This document shows positions 31,205 to 42,437 of a DNA stretch of 64,000 nt, one piece after another (position 1 is the stretch's first letter; the number at the start of each line of letters is the position of its first letter). Made by a program: the position numbers and the translations under genes. The notes under the pieces are model-generated. The model was not told the origin of the DNA. It made no database searches and worked only from the letters and a program-made list of their open reading frames with translations. The DNA is from Tetramitus jugosus (taxonomy: Eukaryota > Protista > Heterolobosea): the NCBI GenBank assembly GCA_937625935.1, contig OW569386.1, positions 310,001 through 374,000 on the forward strand. Reading direction: 5' to 3'.

Positions 31205-33325
31205 TCAAAATTGATAGGTATTGTTCTTCATCGAATCCGATTCGCAAGAACGGCCACCATAAGTTGGCTTATAGCATCCATAGTTTTCACCTATGGAATG
31301 ATCCATGCATCCTTCGTCGTCATCACAGCGCTTTGTCTTTCCACGTGTGACACACGAGATTAAATACTCTAATAGTCGTCTCACCTTGCGCACCAGTTTG
31401 AGCAGGTATTGAGGTATGCTGTAGCCTGGTATGCGATACTCCCTGGTAGAGGAATACATGACGACACCAATCATTTGAAACACGACTGCTTCAATATCAA
31501 ATGGTGTCAATCGAGACATGGTTGCCTCACCGGCCAACACTGGTATCAAGAAGCCAATGTTTGACAGTGCGATACGAGCCGCCCCGGCAATCACAGCCAA
31601 CGTACTCGATCCATGCTTGAAGACATACAACATGCAATAACTGAACGACAAGTTGAAAAAGATGAAAACGAGCAATACCCAATAAAATCCTTCGCACATG
31701 TCATCGGGCAGCGTGTTCCTGCCTGCTGCACACTTGACACCACTCCACAAGTGATGCGGTAGTTCGTGAATCGAAATGGATGTGTAGGGCGCTGGTAACC
31801 GAAGCAAAATAATAGGGAATGTCACAATGCCAAAAATGAGTTGCCAAAACATGACCCATGCTTGCGTGTACCAAATATCGAGATTTGCGTCCTTGAGACA
31901 CCGTTCCTTGTAGCAATTACTAGCAGCCATGGGCAACGAATTACAAATCAAAATCAGAATCAAGTACCAAGAGTACTCTTGCTTGGCGCCACTACCACTA
32001 CTGCCACTACTACTACCACTATTATCACTTCTCATGTGATCCGCCGCGTCCATAAACAACGGAAACACATCGATACCGATACCAATCAACACAATCATCA
32101 TTCCACCCACGTGCATCACATTATATCGACTCCCCAGATAAAAAAACGACAGTACCATATTGGACAGAATCACCACTTGAGACACTACGACATTGACCGG
32201 TCCGTTCACATATCCTGCAATCAGCGTGGCAATCGTCGCAGCGATACAATCCAACACACCCATGATAAAGAATTTGTACCATGGAAATTGACGCATTTCT
32301 CGCGTAATTTGCTTGGTAAACAAGATGCGAAACCAGACAATGGGCCAATACACGCAATTGAAAATGGTTGCCAACAGAATACTGGACAAAAACAGGTCAT
32401 AATTGTGCATTTTGACAGCCATTCGAACCAACAAGACAAAATCAAAACTTCTCATCACAATAATGCCTATTGCAGCCAAGAACACCAATGTAAACACTTT
32501 GAATTTGGTCACTCTCGATATCCACCATTTTTTGTTCGGGTTTGTAATTCTCCGCCGCCGCCGCGACAACAAACCTTCTTCTTTTTTCTCTGTACTGAAC
32601 GTTGGAAAAGAGGGATGTGTCGTCTCAGATGATAATAATAGCGATGATAATGGTGGTGGTGTTGTTGGTGCATGTGGAGATGATGGTGTCGAGGGTATAG
32701 ATGAAGATTTTTGAATCAATTGAGATGAAGATTTTTGAGAGGATGATGCGAATAATAGTGGTATCGTTGGTGGTTTTACTATTGTTGTTGATTGATTGTT
32801 ATTATTATTGTTGTTGTTTTTGGTGGTGGTAGTAGAAGAGTAAATCAAATGATTCATATTTTCGTCATCTTCATCACTACTATTATTATTATTACTATGA
32901 TGATTGTGATGATGATTGTGATTGGAAATGTATTGATAAGATTCTTGATGATTCATGTAAGGCATGTGAATACCATTTCCATCATTGTCATCATCATCAT
33001 CATAACTATCCTTATTGTTGTTGTTGTCATTGATGGAAAAACTTGAACTCACTTGAAAAAATTTTTGTTGTTGTTGTTGTTGAGTGTGAGTGATATTTGA
33101 TGATGATGATACTGTAGTGTTGTTGTTATTGTTGTTAACAAGTGGTTTCTTAAAGGTAACGTATTCAGTAGATGAAGCATCATATCGAAATTCATGATCA
33201 CTATCACATGAATGTTGATCTATCGTACTACTACTATTGTTATTATTGTTGATTTCTTCTTCAATGATGATGATGTTTGATGATTTTGATTTTTTCCTTT
33301 TTGCATTTTTGCGACTTCTTGTCAT
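31205..33325 (-). CDS. CRT-like (chloroquine-resistance-transporter family, DMT superfamily) transporter with long low-complexity N-terminus
   Basis: About 10 TMs; KFFIMGVLD, GPVNVVVSQ, LSFFYLGSRY, ASNCYKE, Cys-containing loop GVKC...DDMCE, KHGSS. Confidence 0.85.
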   Translation of the reverse strand: MTRSRKNAKRKKSKSSNIIIIEEEINNNNNSSSTIDQHSCDSDHEFRYDASSTEYVTFKKPLVNNNNNNTTVSSSSNITHTQQQQQQKFFQVSSSFSINDNNNNKDSYDDDDDNDGNGIHMPYMNHQESYQYISNHNHHHNHHSNNNNSSDEDDENMNHLIYSSTTTTKNNNNNNNNQSTTIVKPPTIPLLFASSSQKSSSQLIQKSSSIPSTPSSPHAPTTPPPLSSLLLSSETTHPSFPTFSTEKKEEGLLSRRRRRITNPNKKWWISRVTKFKVFTLVFLAAIGIIVMRSFDFVLLVRMAVKMHNYDLFLSSILLATIFNCVYWPIVWFRILFTKQITREMRQFPWYKFFIMGVLDCIAATIATLIAGYVNGPVNVVVSQVVILSNMVLSFFYLGSRYNVMHVGGMMIVLIGIGIDVFPLFMDAADHMRSDNSGSSSGSSGSGAKQEYSWYLILILICNSLPMAASNCYKERCLKDANLDIWYTQAWVMFWQLIFGIVTFPIILLRLPAPYTSISIHELPHHLWSGVKCAAGRNTLPDDMCEGFYWVLLVFIFFNLSFSYCMLYVFKHGSSTLAVIAGAARIALSNIGFLIPVLAGEATMSRLTPFDIEAVVFQMIGVVMYSSTREYRIPGYSIPQYLLKLVRKVRRLLEYLISCVTRGKTKRCDDDEGCMDHSIGENYGCYKPTYGGRSCESDSMKNNTYQF

Positions 33326-33961
33326 GTTAATGATAATAAATAAGAGGATAGATTGTTTGTTTGATTGTGATGATGATGATGACAGAGAAGAAGAAGTTTT
33401 TTGTTTTTTGTTGTGTGAATGCTGGTTGGAGTTTTTTTTTTGTTGGTGTTCCAAGTGGAAAGAAGGTAGATTGGCGATTGGCGGGAGCTTTGCTTGAAAT
33501 TTCGAATTGTGGACCGGTCAAAGTGGGTGGAGAATTGTCGGAGAACGAGGAGTTGGTGTGTTTGGTTGGAGGAGGTGGATGAAATCATTCTCTTTTGGTT
33601 GTTGTTTGATACACTGTCACGTCATCTCCTTGGAGTTCGATTCACCTTTTCTTTCTCAGAAGGAGGGTTTGAAGCCCCGGTATCTCTGCCAAAATCCCTT
33701 TCATTCTTCCGTTATTGGTGAGCTTGTTGTATTTAAGAAATCTTACCGGTGTATTCCTCTCCAGTCTTGGGTGAGGATACAATACCGTTCAAAGAACTAC
33801 AAATGCCAGTCAATATGATCGGATTATCTTGTTCTGAAAAGGCGAGGAATCGGAAAACCGGAAAATAAGGACGGGGTGCTGCGACCTTCTCTTCGCTCAA
33901 GTTCAGTTTTTCACTTTCCCCAAGTAAAAACAAAACTAATCACACAACTAATTATCACTCA

Positions 33962-34676
33962 ATGAGATACCAAACAATCTTGCCAGCTGTTTTGCTCTTG
34001 GCAGCACTTGTTTCTTTGACCATGGCACTTGCTCCACCAGTTTGGCCTGTTCAGTTCCAACAGACTTTGTAAGTGAACCAGTTTTTTTTACAACAAATTT
34101 TTTTCGCGCTGTGATGCTGACACCACCAAAAATTTCAGCTCTGAAAAGCTAAAGTACGGTCCATTCCACTCCCAGACCTCTGGCAGCTACTTTTATGACG
34201 CTCTGAACAATTTTACTCGAATTGACAGAGTGAACGGTGAATGGGATCGCTATTGCGGTAGTGTTTGGAAGTTGAAGAACACTCCTTGCACACAATTGGT
34301 CAGAAATGGTCTTCGTTATCTGATTGCACCTCAAAGAAGAGAATGTTGCATGTGTTGCAATGCACAACAAGGCTGCGGTATCTTGAACAGAAATTGGTTG
34401 TTCAATGCCACCTATGAAGGCACAAGTGACTTTAACGGACAACAGATTAACAAGTGGAACAAGAAGGGTCTCCAGAACAATTACTATGCTGCTACTGCTG
34501 ACTCCAAGCAAGTTCCAGTGTTTGTTGATATGCAACCTGATGATTACATTGAGTATGATGTGAACAGTTATGTGGAGAGAATTGTGGATCCATCTGTGTT
34601 CGATCTGCCATCTTACTGTGATCCATCAAAGAAGTGTCCATTCATTTCCATTTGTTCCCTGTTGAATAAGAACTAA
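33962..34676 (+). CDS. Secreted ependymin-related-like protein; exons 33962-34068 and 34139-34676
   Basis: Signal peptide MRYQTILPAVLLLAAL, PPVWPVQF; GTAAGT...CAG intron keeps frame; GSYFYD...RIDR, CCMCC...GCG, DPSVFDLPSYC. Confidence 0.7.
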
Positions 34677-34903
34677 TTGAGTTTACCAAGTTGGAGCTCG
34701 TCACGATAATGCCTTTGTCGTTGTTCACTGCTACTACTGTTCTCAAATAAATGTAATGCATTTGCTAATTTTATTCAAAGAAGATCCAGTTCTGAATCGG
34801 GTTGGCCAGATCAAACAAGTTTTATCGGAACCTCCTTCGCCATGAAATCAACCTGGGATAGAAACAACAAGAGTCAACAACAGTATCACCACCATTGACA
34901 CTC

Positions 34904-35083
34904 ATGAATGAACAAAGGCATCTAGACACCAAGATGGACAAATCCAAATCTTCTGAAAAAGAAGAAAAGATCGAAGAGAAACAACAGGCGGAAGCAAAAA
35001 AAGTAACGGTTGAGAAATGTTGTGTGCTTGGAACTCCAGGTAGCACAGCAGACAAGATTACCTCTTTTGACAGTTTCTTGTAG
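34904..35083 (+). CDS. Possible small charged protein (59 aa)
   Basis: ATG-initiated K/E-rich ORF in the spacer, preceded by a CAA-rich leader; no family recognised. Confidence 0.3.
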   Translation: MNEQRHLDTKMDKSKSSEKEEKIEEKQQAEAKKVTVEKCCVLGTPGSTADKITSFDSFL

Positions 35084-35173
35084 AAGAAGAAGAATACAAC
35101 CAACAACCAACAACTATGAACTTATTAAAAAAAATTATTCAGCATCTGTATTTTATTACTATTATTATTATTG

Positions 35174-36118
35174 TCATGAAATATCAGTTTTGTGAGCATA
35201 GTTCTGTACACGAGCATAGAGAGGCAATGGTGGAGCAGGCTTATTGGGTCTCCTGGGACTAAGACATGGTTGATGACTCAGAATAAAAGAGTTGGAAACG
35301 GGTCGCATGAACGACGACGAATGCTGCTTTGTTGAAGCAGCATCACCACTATTGTTTGAATGAAACAGTTGTTTCTGTTCTTCACCTAGTATTCTTAGAA
35401 TGTTTGCATCAATGACACTGCTTTCTCTCTTGTCATGATCATTTTCATCACCGCCACTGGATGACAACAATAACGACGATGAGGAAGAGTGAGGAGAGGA
35501 AGCAGCAGCCGCCGAAGACGACGAGTGCATAGTTTCAGGCACGAGAGACGACGAGAATGATTCTCGTTGAGTCGTCATGACCGTTGAGTCTCTGTCTGTT
35601 GTCTCCGTCATTGTCGACGATGAAGACAAGTGACGATAATCATGATGATTATTTTCATGATTATTTCCGACGTCGTAAGCTTCAATGAGGTCACCCTCAT
35701 TTGAAAACAAGGGTGACTGTTGGTGATACACATAATGATTGTCAATCAAGTATTGCTTCTTGAATAGGCCTGTTCGTCCCGAGCGGGGTGATGTATTCGG
35801 TTGACCGGCGCCGCCATTGTTGTTCACTCCGCCTCCGACATTGAAAAACCGCGGCGAAGTATTGTTGTTGTTTGTCCGGCTCCTTGAAGTAAAAAAGGAA
35901 AAGGAAGGTAGTGAAAGAATGCGTCTCTGTTGAGTCACTCGATTCACTCTCTTGTTAATTTTGCTATTGTTATTATTATTATTGGTCGTGTAGTTGGGTT
36001 GTCGGTTGACTCTGGTACAGCGCTCATCGTCGTCATAGTCGAATCCACTTGCACTGTCCGTGTGAGATCGATATCTCGTTCGGCTACTGTCCGTTCTTCG
36101 AGAAAACAAGATTCCCAT
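35174..36118 (-). CDS. Hypothetical disordered protein with N-myristoylation-like start and Pro-rich tail
   Basis: MGILFS start, Ser/Asn tracts, PRRPNKPAPPLP (SH3-ligand-like). Confidence 0.6.
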   Translation of the reverse strand: MGILFSRRTDSSRTRYRSHTDSASGFDYDDDERCTRVNRQPNYTTNNNNNNSKINKRVNRVTQQRRILSLPSFSFFTSRSRTNNNNTSPRFFNVGGGVNNNGGAGQPNTSPRSGRTGLFKKQYLIDNHYVYHQQSPLFSNEGDLIEAYDVGNNHENNHHDYRHLSSSSTMTETTDRDSTVMTTQRESFSSSLVPETMHSSSSAAAASSPHSSSSSLLLSSSGGDENDHDKRESSVIDANILRILGEEQKQLFHSNNSGDAASTKQHSSSFMRPVSNSFILSHQPCLSPRRPNKPAPPLPLYARVQNYAHKTDIS

Positions 36119-36510
36119 GGTGTCTTTTTTTGTTTGGTTTGTGTTGATGGCTTTTTGTGAGTCACAAAGGAGTCGTGAAGGTTTTTTGTTGTTGTTGTTG
36201 TGTTCGTTGTTGTTGGATGTCACAATCCACCAGCCAACATGTGTTTTGTGGACATCTTTGAAAAATTTATATTTGGTGGATTTCTTCAGCGAATCGAGAC
36301 AGGAACTTGATTGACGTTTGAAGTTTTGGCGCTCATAAAAAATCTCGTGTTGTATTCATCCAGTACGAAATGAGTTGAAACGCTTCGTTTATTCTGATCG
36401 AAATAAAACCTAGGCCTCAATCTCAAAACTTTTAACCCTCCCGTATTGAAATCTTCATTAACACTTCCATGATGAATTAATGATAGATTGATTTGATTGA
36501 TTTCCTTTCA

Positions 36511-37239
36511 TTAGTCTTGTCTTTGGTACTGTTCAGCTGACAATGAATAAAACTGAGGGGCAGGATGTGTTGGCAAAGCAGAATCTTGTTTCGGATAAAT
36601 CAATTGTTGGTGTGGCTGTTGATAGGTTGGTAGGGGATTAGGAATGAAAACCTGTGGCTGTTGTGATTGAAAAGCAGAGATGGCTAGCAGTTCAATGACA
36701 GGACCACTTGAAACTATCACATTCGCGTTGGAGGATCCTCCATAAGCACAGAACTTTCCGAATCCCTTCTCGGTGTCATAATCCTTGAGAATAAGTTGCA
36801 AGTTAGATGGACCGAAAACTGTTGCATTCTGATGAGCCAAAAAGTTGAAGAGTTCATCCTTGATCTTTCGGTGACTTTGTTGATTGTATCTCTTGAGAAG
36901 ATGGAAGGGAAGTAAGATAGACACGAGCATGGCGAGTGAAACACCGATCAAAGTAGGAGGGACAAGGAAGGGCATTTTGAGGTACCAAACCAATCCAAGA
37001 ATGGCAAGAACAATGAGTGGGGTAAAGATCAATGTTGGCAGAACGGTTGCCAAAACCAATGCAATCTTTCTTCTTCTGCCCATTGCCTTCAAGGGCTCGT
37101 ACATGATTTGTTCACATGTGTGCAGTGTTGATGCATATGTCTGAGGAGAGATTCCATAAGGTGGGTTCTGAAGAACAATTGGAAACTGGTGATCCCAGCT
37201 CATAGTGTCAGAGTTGTATGAGATTTTATAGATACTCAT
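36511..37239 (-). CDS. Hypothetical 2-TM protein, Erf4/golgin-A7-like layout, P/Q/Y-rich tail
   Basis: GISPQTYASTL, two TMs, FLAHQNATVF, QP-rich C-terminus. Confidence 0.6.
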   Translation of the reverse strand: MSIYKISYNSDTMSWDHQFPIVLQNPPYGISPQTYASTLHTCEQIMYEPLKAMGRRRKIALVLATVLPTLIFTPLIVLAILGLVWYLKMPFLVPPTLIGVSLAMLVSILLPFHLLKRYNQQSHRKIKDELFNFLAHQNATVFGPSNLQLILKDYDTEKGFGKFCAYGGSSNANVIVSSGPVIELLAISAFQSQQPQVFIPNPLPTYQQPHQQLIYPKQDSALPTHPAPQFYSLSAEQYQRQD

Positions 37240-37941
37240 TCTTCTTGAGGGATAATGGCTATGTTTGTTTTAGATGTTCAGTGAAGAAGACAAAGAAGCT
37301 TTTATACCTCGATGGTATTGCATGACGCTTCAACAACTTCAACTTTTAATATGGAAGCCCAACTCCTTTGTGTTGGAATCTTACATTATGAGCTAAGAGT
37401 GTAATGGAAACTGAACGAATTTGATGGAGGAGAATTAACCCGAAGGGAATGCCGCGGAATTATGTCCTTGAATTGGAAGAAATGAGTCAATGTCGGTACC
37501 AAAATTCTGAGAGGTGACTTTAAGGGCCAAGATAAGTGTAGAAGTTGCCAAATCCCCTCAATGACGATATTATACACAGTATCATTACCAGTGAAGTATC
37601 AATGAGAGAAGGAGAAAGATACCAGCCTATTGAAGTAGACTATTAATCTCTAGATACATTGAATAGGGATTGGTGTGAAGAACAGTGTTGGGAGAACTGT
37701 AGCATGATTGGATTGCACTTGTGCAGTGTAGTCGCGTTATAATCCCCATTTTATCTCTCCCCAAATATACGCACTAATTTTGTCGCCAAACAGATGCTGT
37801 TGCTTGTAACAGTAGCGATGGCAACAAAGAATGGACATCCGGGGTTGCAAGAACAGAACCAACTTTTGAAGAGATCCAGTTGGAAGTCGGTCGTTGTACA
37901 CCAGTCCGTTCATTGTGATCACAAAGGGATATCCCTTTTTA

Positions 37942-38463
37942 TTAATATTCTTCAGAGTTCTCCAAACCTAACAATGAGAATGAGGAAAGCAACTTCTTCA
38001 ATTCAGTCAAGAACTCAGCATCACCCTCATCATTCTCAGGCAACCTCTGTTCCAAACGTTTAATCTTGAGTCTAACAATAAGAGCAAGATAGTCAACAGT
38101 CTTCTTTGCTTTAGTCTTGACATCCATGCGATCTTGGGCTTGCTCAACTGGTGGTAGAACTGACGCTATTGGCTTCTCAACCGGTTCAATGGGTTGGTAC
38201 ACTGGTTTAACCTCTCCTCTTTTCAAATCAACCAACTCTTTCCTAGCTCTTTTAATCTCCTCAATCTTCTGATCACTTGCGACTGAAAATTGGAGTTTTT
38301 CACATTGCTTATCACTATCAGAAGTGGTGGTAGATCCAAAGCCACCACCAAATCCACCACCAAATCCATTAGAGGAGAAAGCATTGGTTCTGTCGGGTGA
38401 GTTGTTGTTATCATTTTGCTCCTTGGGAGTGGAAAACCTGAAAAATCCAAAATGTTGGCTCAT
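37942..38463 (-). CDS. Hypothetical protein
   Basis: 173-aa ATG ORF with GGGFGGGFG and a helical C-terminus; no family recognised. Confidence 0.4.
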   Translation of the reverse strand: MSQHFGFFRFSTPKEQNDNNNSPDRTNAFSSNGFGGGFGGGFGSTTTSDSDKQCEKLQFSVASDQKIEEIKRARKELVDLKRGEVKPVYQPIEPVEKPIASVLPPVEQAQDRMDVKTKAKKTVDYLALIVRLKIKRLEQRLPENDEGDAEFLTELKKLLSSFSLLGLENSEEY

Positions 38464-39695
38464 TGCTGTGGGCACTCTGTCAAAATCAAGGGTCTCTGGA
38501 CTTTACAAAGTGGTTTTACAATGCAACGTGGAATGTACGTAATGGAAGGAACTCGATGGTAACTACCAGTTTACAATAGATGTATTTATATCACGTGACA
38601 TTACAAATGGTTCGTGCAGTAAGTCGAGACGCAAACACGACGGTACGTGTACTCAAGGCCACCAAAGAGCACCTGGTCACACAACGTCAAACAAAGGTTC
38701 CACCAACTGGCCAATCTAATATCATTACCAAGGTCTGACAGCTCTATGAAGTCATATGAATAGTAAACAACATCTACTCTCTGTCTGTCAACTACTGCGA
38801 CAATATGTCTTCTTGGTCATGACACTTCTGCTTGCAGGAGTAGAAGTCCAATAATCTCCAATCAATTCCAACCAGTTGTACTTTACCATTCTTGGAGAAT
38901 CCAGATTGTCAATCTTCTGTTCAATATGGCAATATGGCGGAAGTGTTGATGAGCCACTCATTGAGTCTCAAATAACAATACTTTCTCTCATCATGTTCTG
39001 AGCCTTATTTGTTTGTGAAGTCCATTGGATTGAAGTTGCTCTTGTTCAACTCATTCAAATCTGCTGCGTAACTCTCTTTGGTCATTGCATTGATGGTGAC
39101 ATCAGTACTTGCCAAAGGAATCTTCTCGAATGACTCTTTGGTGGATTGTGATAAAGTTTCTTTTTCCCGCTGTAGGGAAACTTCGTAACAGAGGAATTTA
39201 ACAGTTTCATGACATATCACACTTTTCAGAGTGTTCTACACTAGAGTTTCGTTCATCATTAATACTATAGACTACTGAGTTGTGTAACCAGTTGTTGTTG
39301 AATTTGAAAGTTTCCACTGATGGAGTGCTTCTGGTTTTGCTACTAGTTCCGAGTCCGATTTTCTGTTTCTACGCACCACTATTATGTCTTTCTGTCCCTG
39401 GTGCCTATGAACCAGGTGACGAAATAGACTTCCGCTATGTTATAGAGCTGGTGTAAAATAATCTTGTTACCACAGCAATTTCATTCAAACTCCGAGAAGC
39501 AATCAGGATACATAGCTAGTCCCTCATGACGAGTTTGGAGTTTCCACGAATAAAAGGTTACACAAGAAGAACGACGTTTTTCACATTACTCGTTGTGTGA
39601 CACAGTACTGTTTCAAAAGATGAATAGGTTTTTAGAACAGAAATTGTCTTTTGGTGGTCTCAAATCATTCATCTTCATACACCTTCGAAGTGATT

Positions 39696-42227
39696 CTACT
39701 TGGAGGTTTGGTTGGACTTTCGATGATCAATACTCAATTTCGAAACACTCTGAAGCAAGAACTCAGAAAGGTCCCTGTAACCTCCGCCCAGCCGTATGAC
39801 AAGTTGCCTGCCAAAAGGAGTGGTAATCACATTCAAGTGAAGCTTTCGTCTGAAGGGATCAGCAGCCCCCAACAAGTAGATGCAGTCGGCCATTTTCTTG
39901 AGAGGGAGGTCAATATTCAACTCTTGTAGAAATTCAGCCTTCAATTCTGAAACCATTCGATCAATTTCAGGGGCATTCGTTTCTCTTGCTGGAGGACCTC
40001 TCAGAGATCTCAATAGTCTTTCGGCCATATGGTCCATAGAGGATGAAGCATTCTTGGTTTCTTCAGGTTTTTGAGAGTTGATAGAAGAGCGAAGGGGTGT
40101 GATACTTCGTGTGGGTGTTTTGGTTCTTCTCGTTGGAGTTTTAGAGCGACTATTGAAAGACTGTTTTGGTTGTTGTGACTCCTTCGTTTCACTTCTAGAT
40201 CTATACTGTTGCTCTTCCTCCAACTCTAAATCTCTGACTACCAAATCTTCATGGTCTGTGTTATGATTTGCGGTTATTGGATCACTTGAGGGATCATCAT
40301 CAAGGGGTTCACCTTCTACTTGTTCTTCTTCCACATGACCGGTCCACTTCTTTCTGCTCGATAATGATTTATCAAGACTGTTCATGTTGTTGATGATATC
40401 TGATATATTAATGACCGATTGTGGTCCTTTGGTCAGGCTCTCATGAGAAGCTGGTATTTGTGAGAGAATATGTTCAAGTTTCAAACTGTTCTTAAGGGTT
40501 GCGCTGTCCTCTGGGGGAGATCGAGGTTGATTCAAGCGTTCAGAAATCATAGATTGGGAGACTAACACTTTAAAATAGTTGACTTCTTCAGTCAACATTT
40601 GAACAGATTTCTTTGAAGCTATTGCTTCGTCACTAAGCCTGGATACAGAGTCTCTCATGTTAAGAATTTCTTGATCCTTCACCACGATTGTATCCTTGAG
40701 AAAGGAATTCTCTTCCTTTAGGTACTCAATCATTTCTTTCATCCATTTGATTTCTTCATCTGTTGGGTTCTCTCGTTGATCCTTCCTTTTGTCTTTGTGA
40801 GATGATTGTGGACTGAATCGTTGTTGCAGGGACAGCTTCATTTTCTGTTGCTGTCTCAAGCTCTCGAGCTCCTTTGACAGCTCCAAACGCATCATCTCCA
40901 TCTTTTTCTCAATTAATTCTTCTAGTTCAGCTGGCACGAGAGCTTCACAGTAATGCGTAGAGTTGATCCTATCGTTTGACCGAATCGGATGATGAGGTAA
41001 CAACAAATCCTCCATAGATCTTGACGCATTACTCGAGGATTCATTATCGTCTCCATCATTTTCGACAAAGTTCGTGGATGAAGAGCAGGGGGGAGAATCC
41101 GGCTTTTCCGATGGTACCGGTACAGTGGATCGTATTTGTTGATATTCAGAGACATCCTCACTCGCAAAAGAAGCATTGTTTGATAAAGGCAGTGTTGTTT
41201 GAGTGTTCCACAGTGTCAATGGACTCACTTCATCTATTGTATCGTCACTACTGCTCTCTCTTTTATCAATGGCAGTGTGAGCACGAGCCTGATTGGGAGA
41301 AATTTTTCTCGTGAATCGGATCACATTCGATTCTTTGTTCTGGTGATTCTGATCCTGTTCTTTCTGTTCCTCATTTCCAGTCTTCATGTGATCAATTGAG
41401 TCGTAATAATGAGATCTGGAATGAGATTGTTCAGTGTGGGAGCTTTCTGCAGTCCTCGATTGAGGTGAATTGAGTAGCTTTGGATCTAATGTTTCATTCA
41501 TTGTCTCCAACATTGGTTTTAGAGGTGAATTTCGAGTTTTGGGGCTCGTTGATTCTTTCTCGTCATTATCGAGTAAATGTTTGTACCTTTGACTATGTTC
41601 ATTGATTTCTCTTGAAAAGACTTTGATTCGATCTTGAATAAATTTCATTCGTTGTTCAATGTAAGCCGGTGATGGTGGATTAATTGCAGAGTCCAGAGAC
41701 ATTGATTGTTCACTGATCTGCTGTTGATGATGAGGTTGATGATGGTGATGGATATTGTTTTTGTTATTGAACTGTTCTGTTCTTCTCTGTTCATCGTTGG
41801 ATCTCAGTAAGAAATGATTATTATTACTCTTTTGATTCCTTCTTTCATTCGAGTATTGCTGTTGCTGTTGACAACCACCTCTTCCCATTTCGAATAGAGA
41901 AGTTAAGAACGATCTGGCTGAGTGACGGTTCGATACATCACCATTGATTGACTCTGTAGTGGTGGTAGTTGCAGTTGTTGTTGAATTGGGTGTGTGAGCT
42001 GTGTGAACTGCTGTGCTAGTTGATGAGGGATTGCTGCGATTGTTATTGTTATTGGTGTTGTAATTGGTGTTATTGTTTCTAGGAGAGTTCATTTGTGTGG
42101 GCAGTGGAGAAGAGTCAAGAAAAGGTGTTGTTGGCTCCATGAGCTTCTTCAATTGAATCATGATAAGTTTTTGTTCCTCTTCACTTAATTGTTGTAGTTG
42201 GAGTTTTAACTGATCAGTAGTGTTCAT
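39696..42227 (-). CDS. Coiled-coil protein with C-terminal GAR (GAS2) microtubule-binding domain
   Basis: PLKKMADCIYLLG...KLHLNVI...LVIRLGGGYRDLSEFL. Confidence 0.8.
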   Translation of the reverse strand: MNTTDQLKLQLQQLSEEEQKLIMIQLKKLMEPTTPFLDSSPLPTQMNSPRNNNTNYNTNNNNNRSNPSSTSTAVHTAHTPNSTTTATTTTTESINGDVSNRHSARSFLTSLFEMGRGGCQQQQQYSNERRNQKSNNNHFLLRSNDEQRRTEQFNNKNNIHHHHQPHHQQQISEQSMSLDSAINPPSPAYIEQRMKFIQDRIKVFSREINEHSQRYKHLLDNDEKESTSPKTRNSPLKPMLETMNETLDPKLLNSPQSRTAESSHTEQSHSRSHYYDSIDHMKTGNEEQKEQDQNHQNKESNVIRFTRKISPNQARAHTAIDKRESSSDDTIDEVSPLTLWNTQTTLPLSNNASFASEDVSEYQQIRSTVPVPSEKPDSPPCSSSTNFVENDGDDNESSSNASRSMEDLLLPHHPIRSNDRINSTHYCEALVPAELEELIEKKMEMMRLELSKELESLRQQQKMKLSLQQRFSPQSSHKDKRKDQRENPTDEEIKWMKEMIEYLKEENSFLKDTIVVKDQEILNMRDSVSRLSDEAIASKKSVQMLTEEVNYFKVLVSQSMISERLNQPRSPPEDSATLKNSLKLEHILSQIPASHESLTKGPQSVINISDIINNMNSLDKSLSSRKKWTGHVEEEQVEGEPLDDDPSSDPITANHNTDHEDLVVRDLELEEEQQYRSRSETKESQQPKQSFNSRSKTPTRRTKTPTRSITPLRSSINSQKPEETKNASSSMDHMAERLLRSLRGPPARETNAPEIDRMVSELKAEFLQELNIDLPLKKMADCIYLLGAADPFRRKLHLNVITTPFGRQLVIRLGGGYRDLSEFLLQSVSKLSIDHRKSNQTSK

Positions 42228-42437
42228 GGTTGGTTGGTTGGTTGATTGCTCTTGTCAAGGTTGATTATGAATTGTTGTTTGTCGCTTTTTTGTATCATGA
42301 AGCAAGCGGATTGATGAGCGCTCGTAACTGTTCTTTTGGCGCCAAACGTATGATTCTCCGGTGCTGTTAGCATTCGAACAAAAACAAAGTCTGAGTTTCT
42401 TTTTACTGTACAACAATATATATGGATCATGGAGAGG

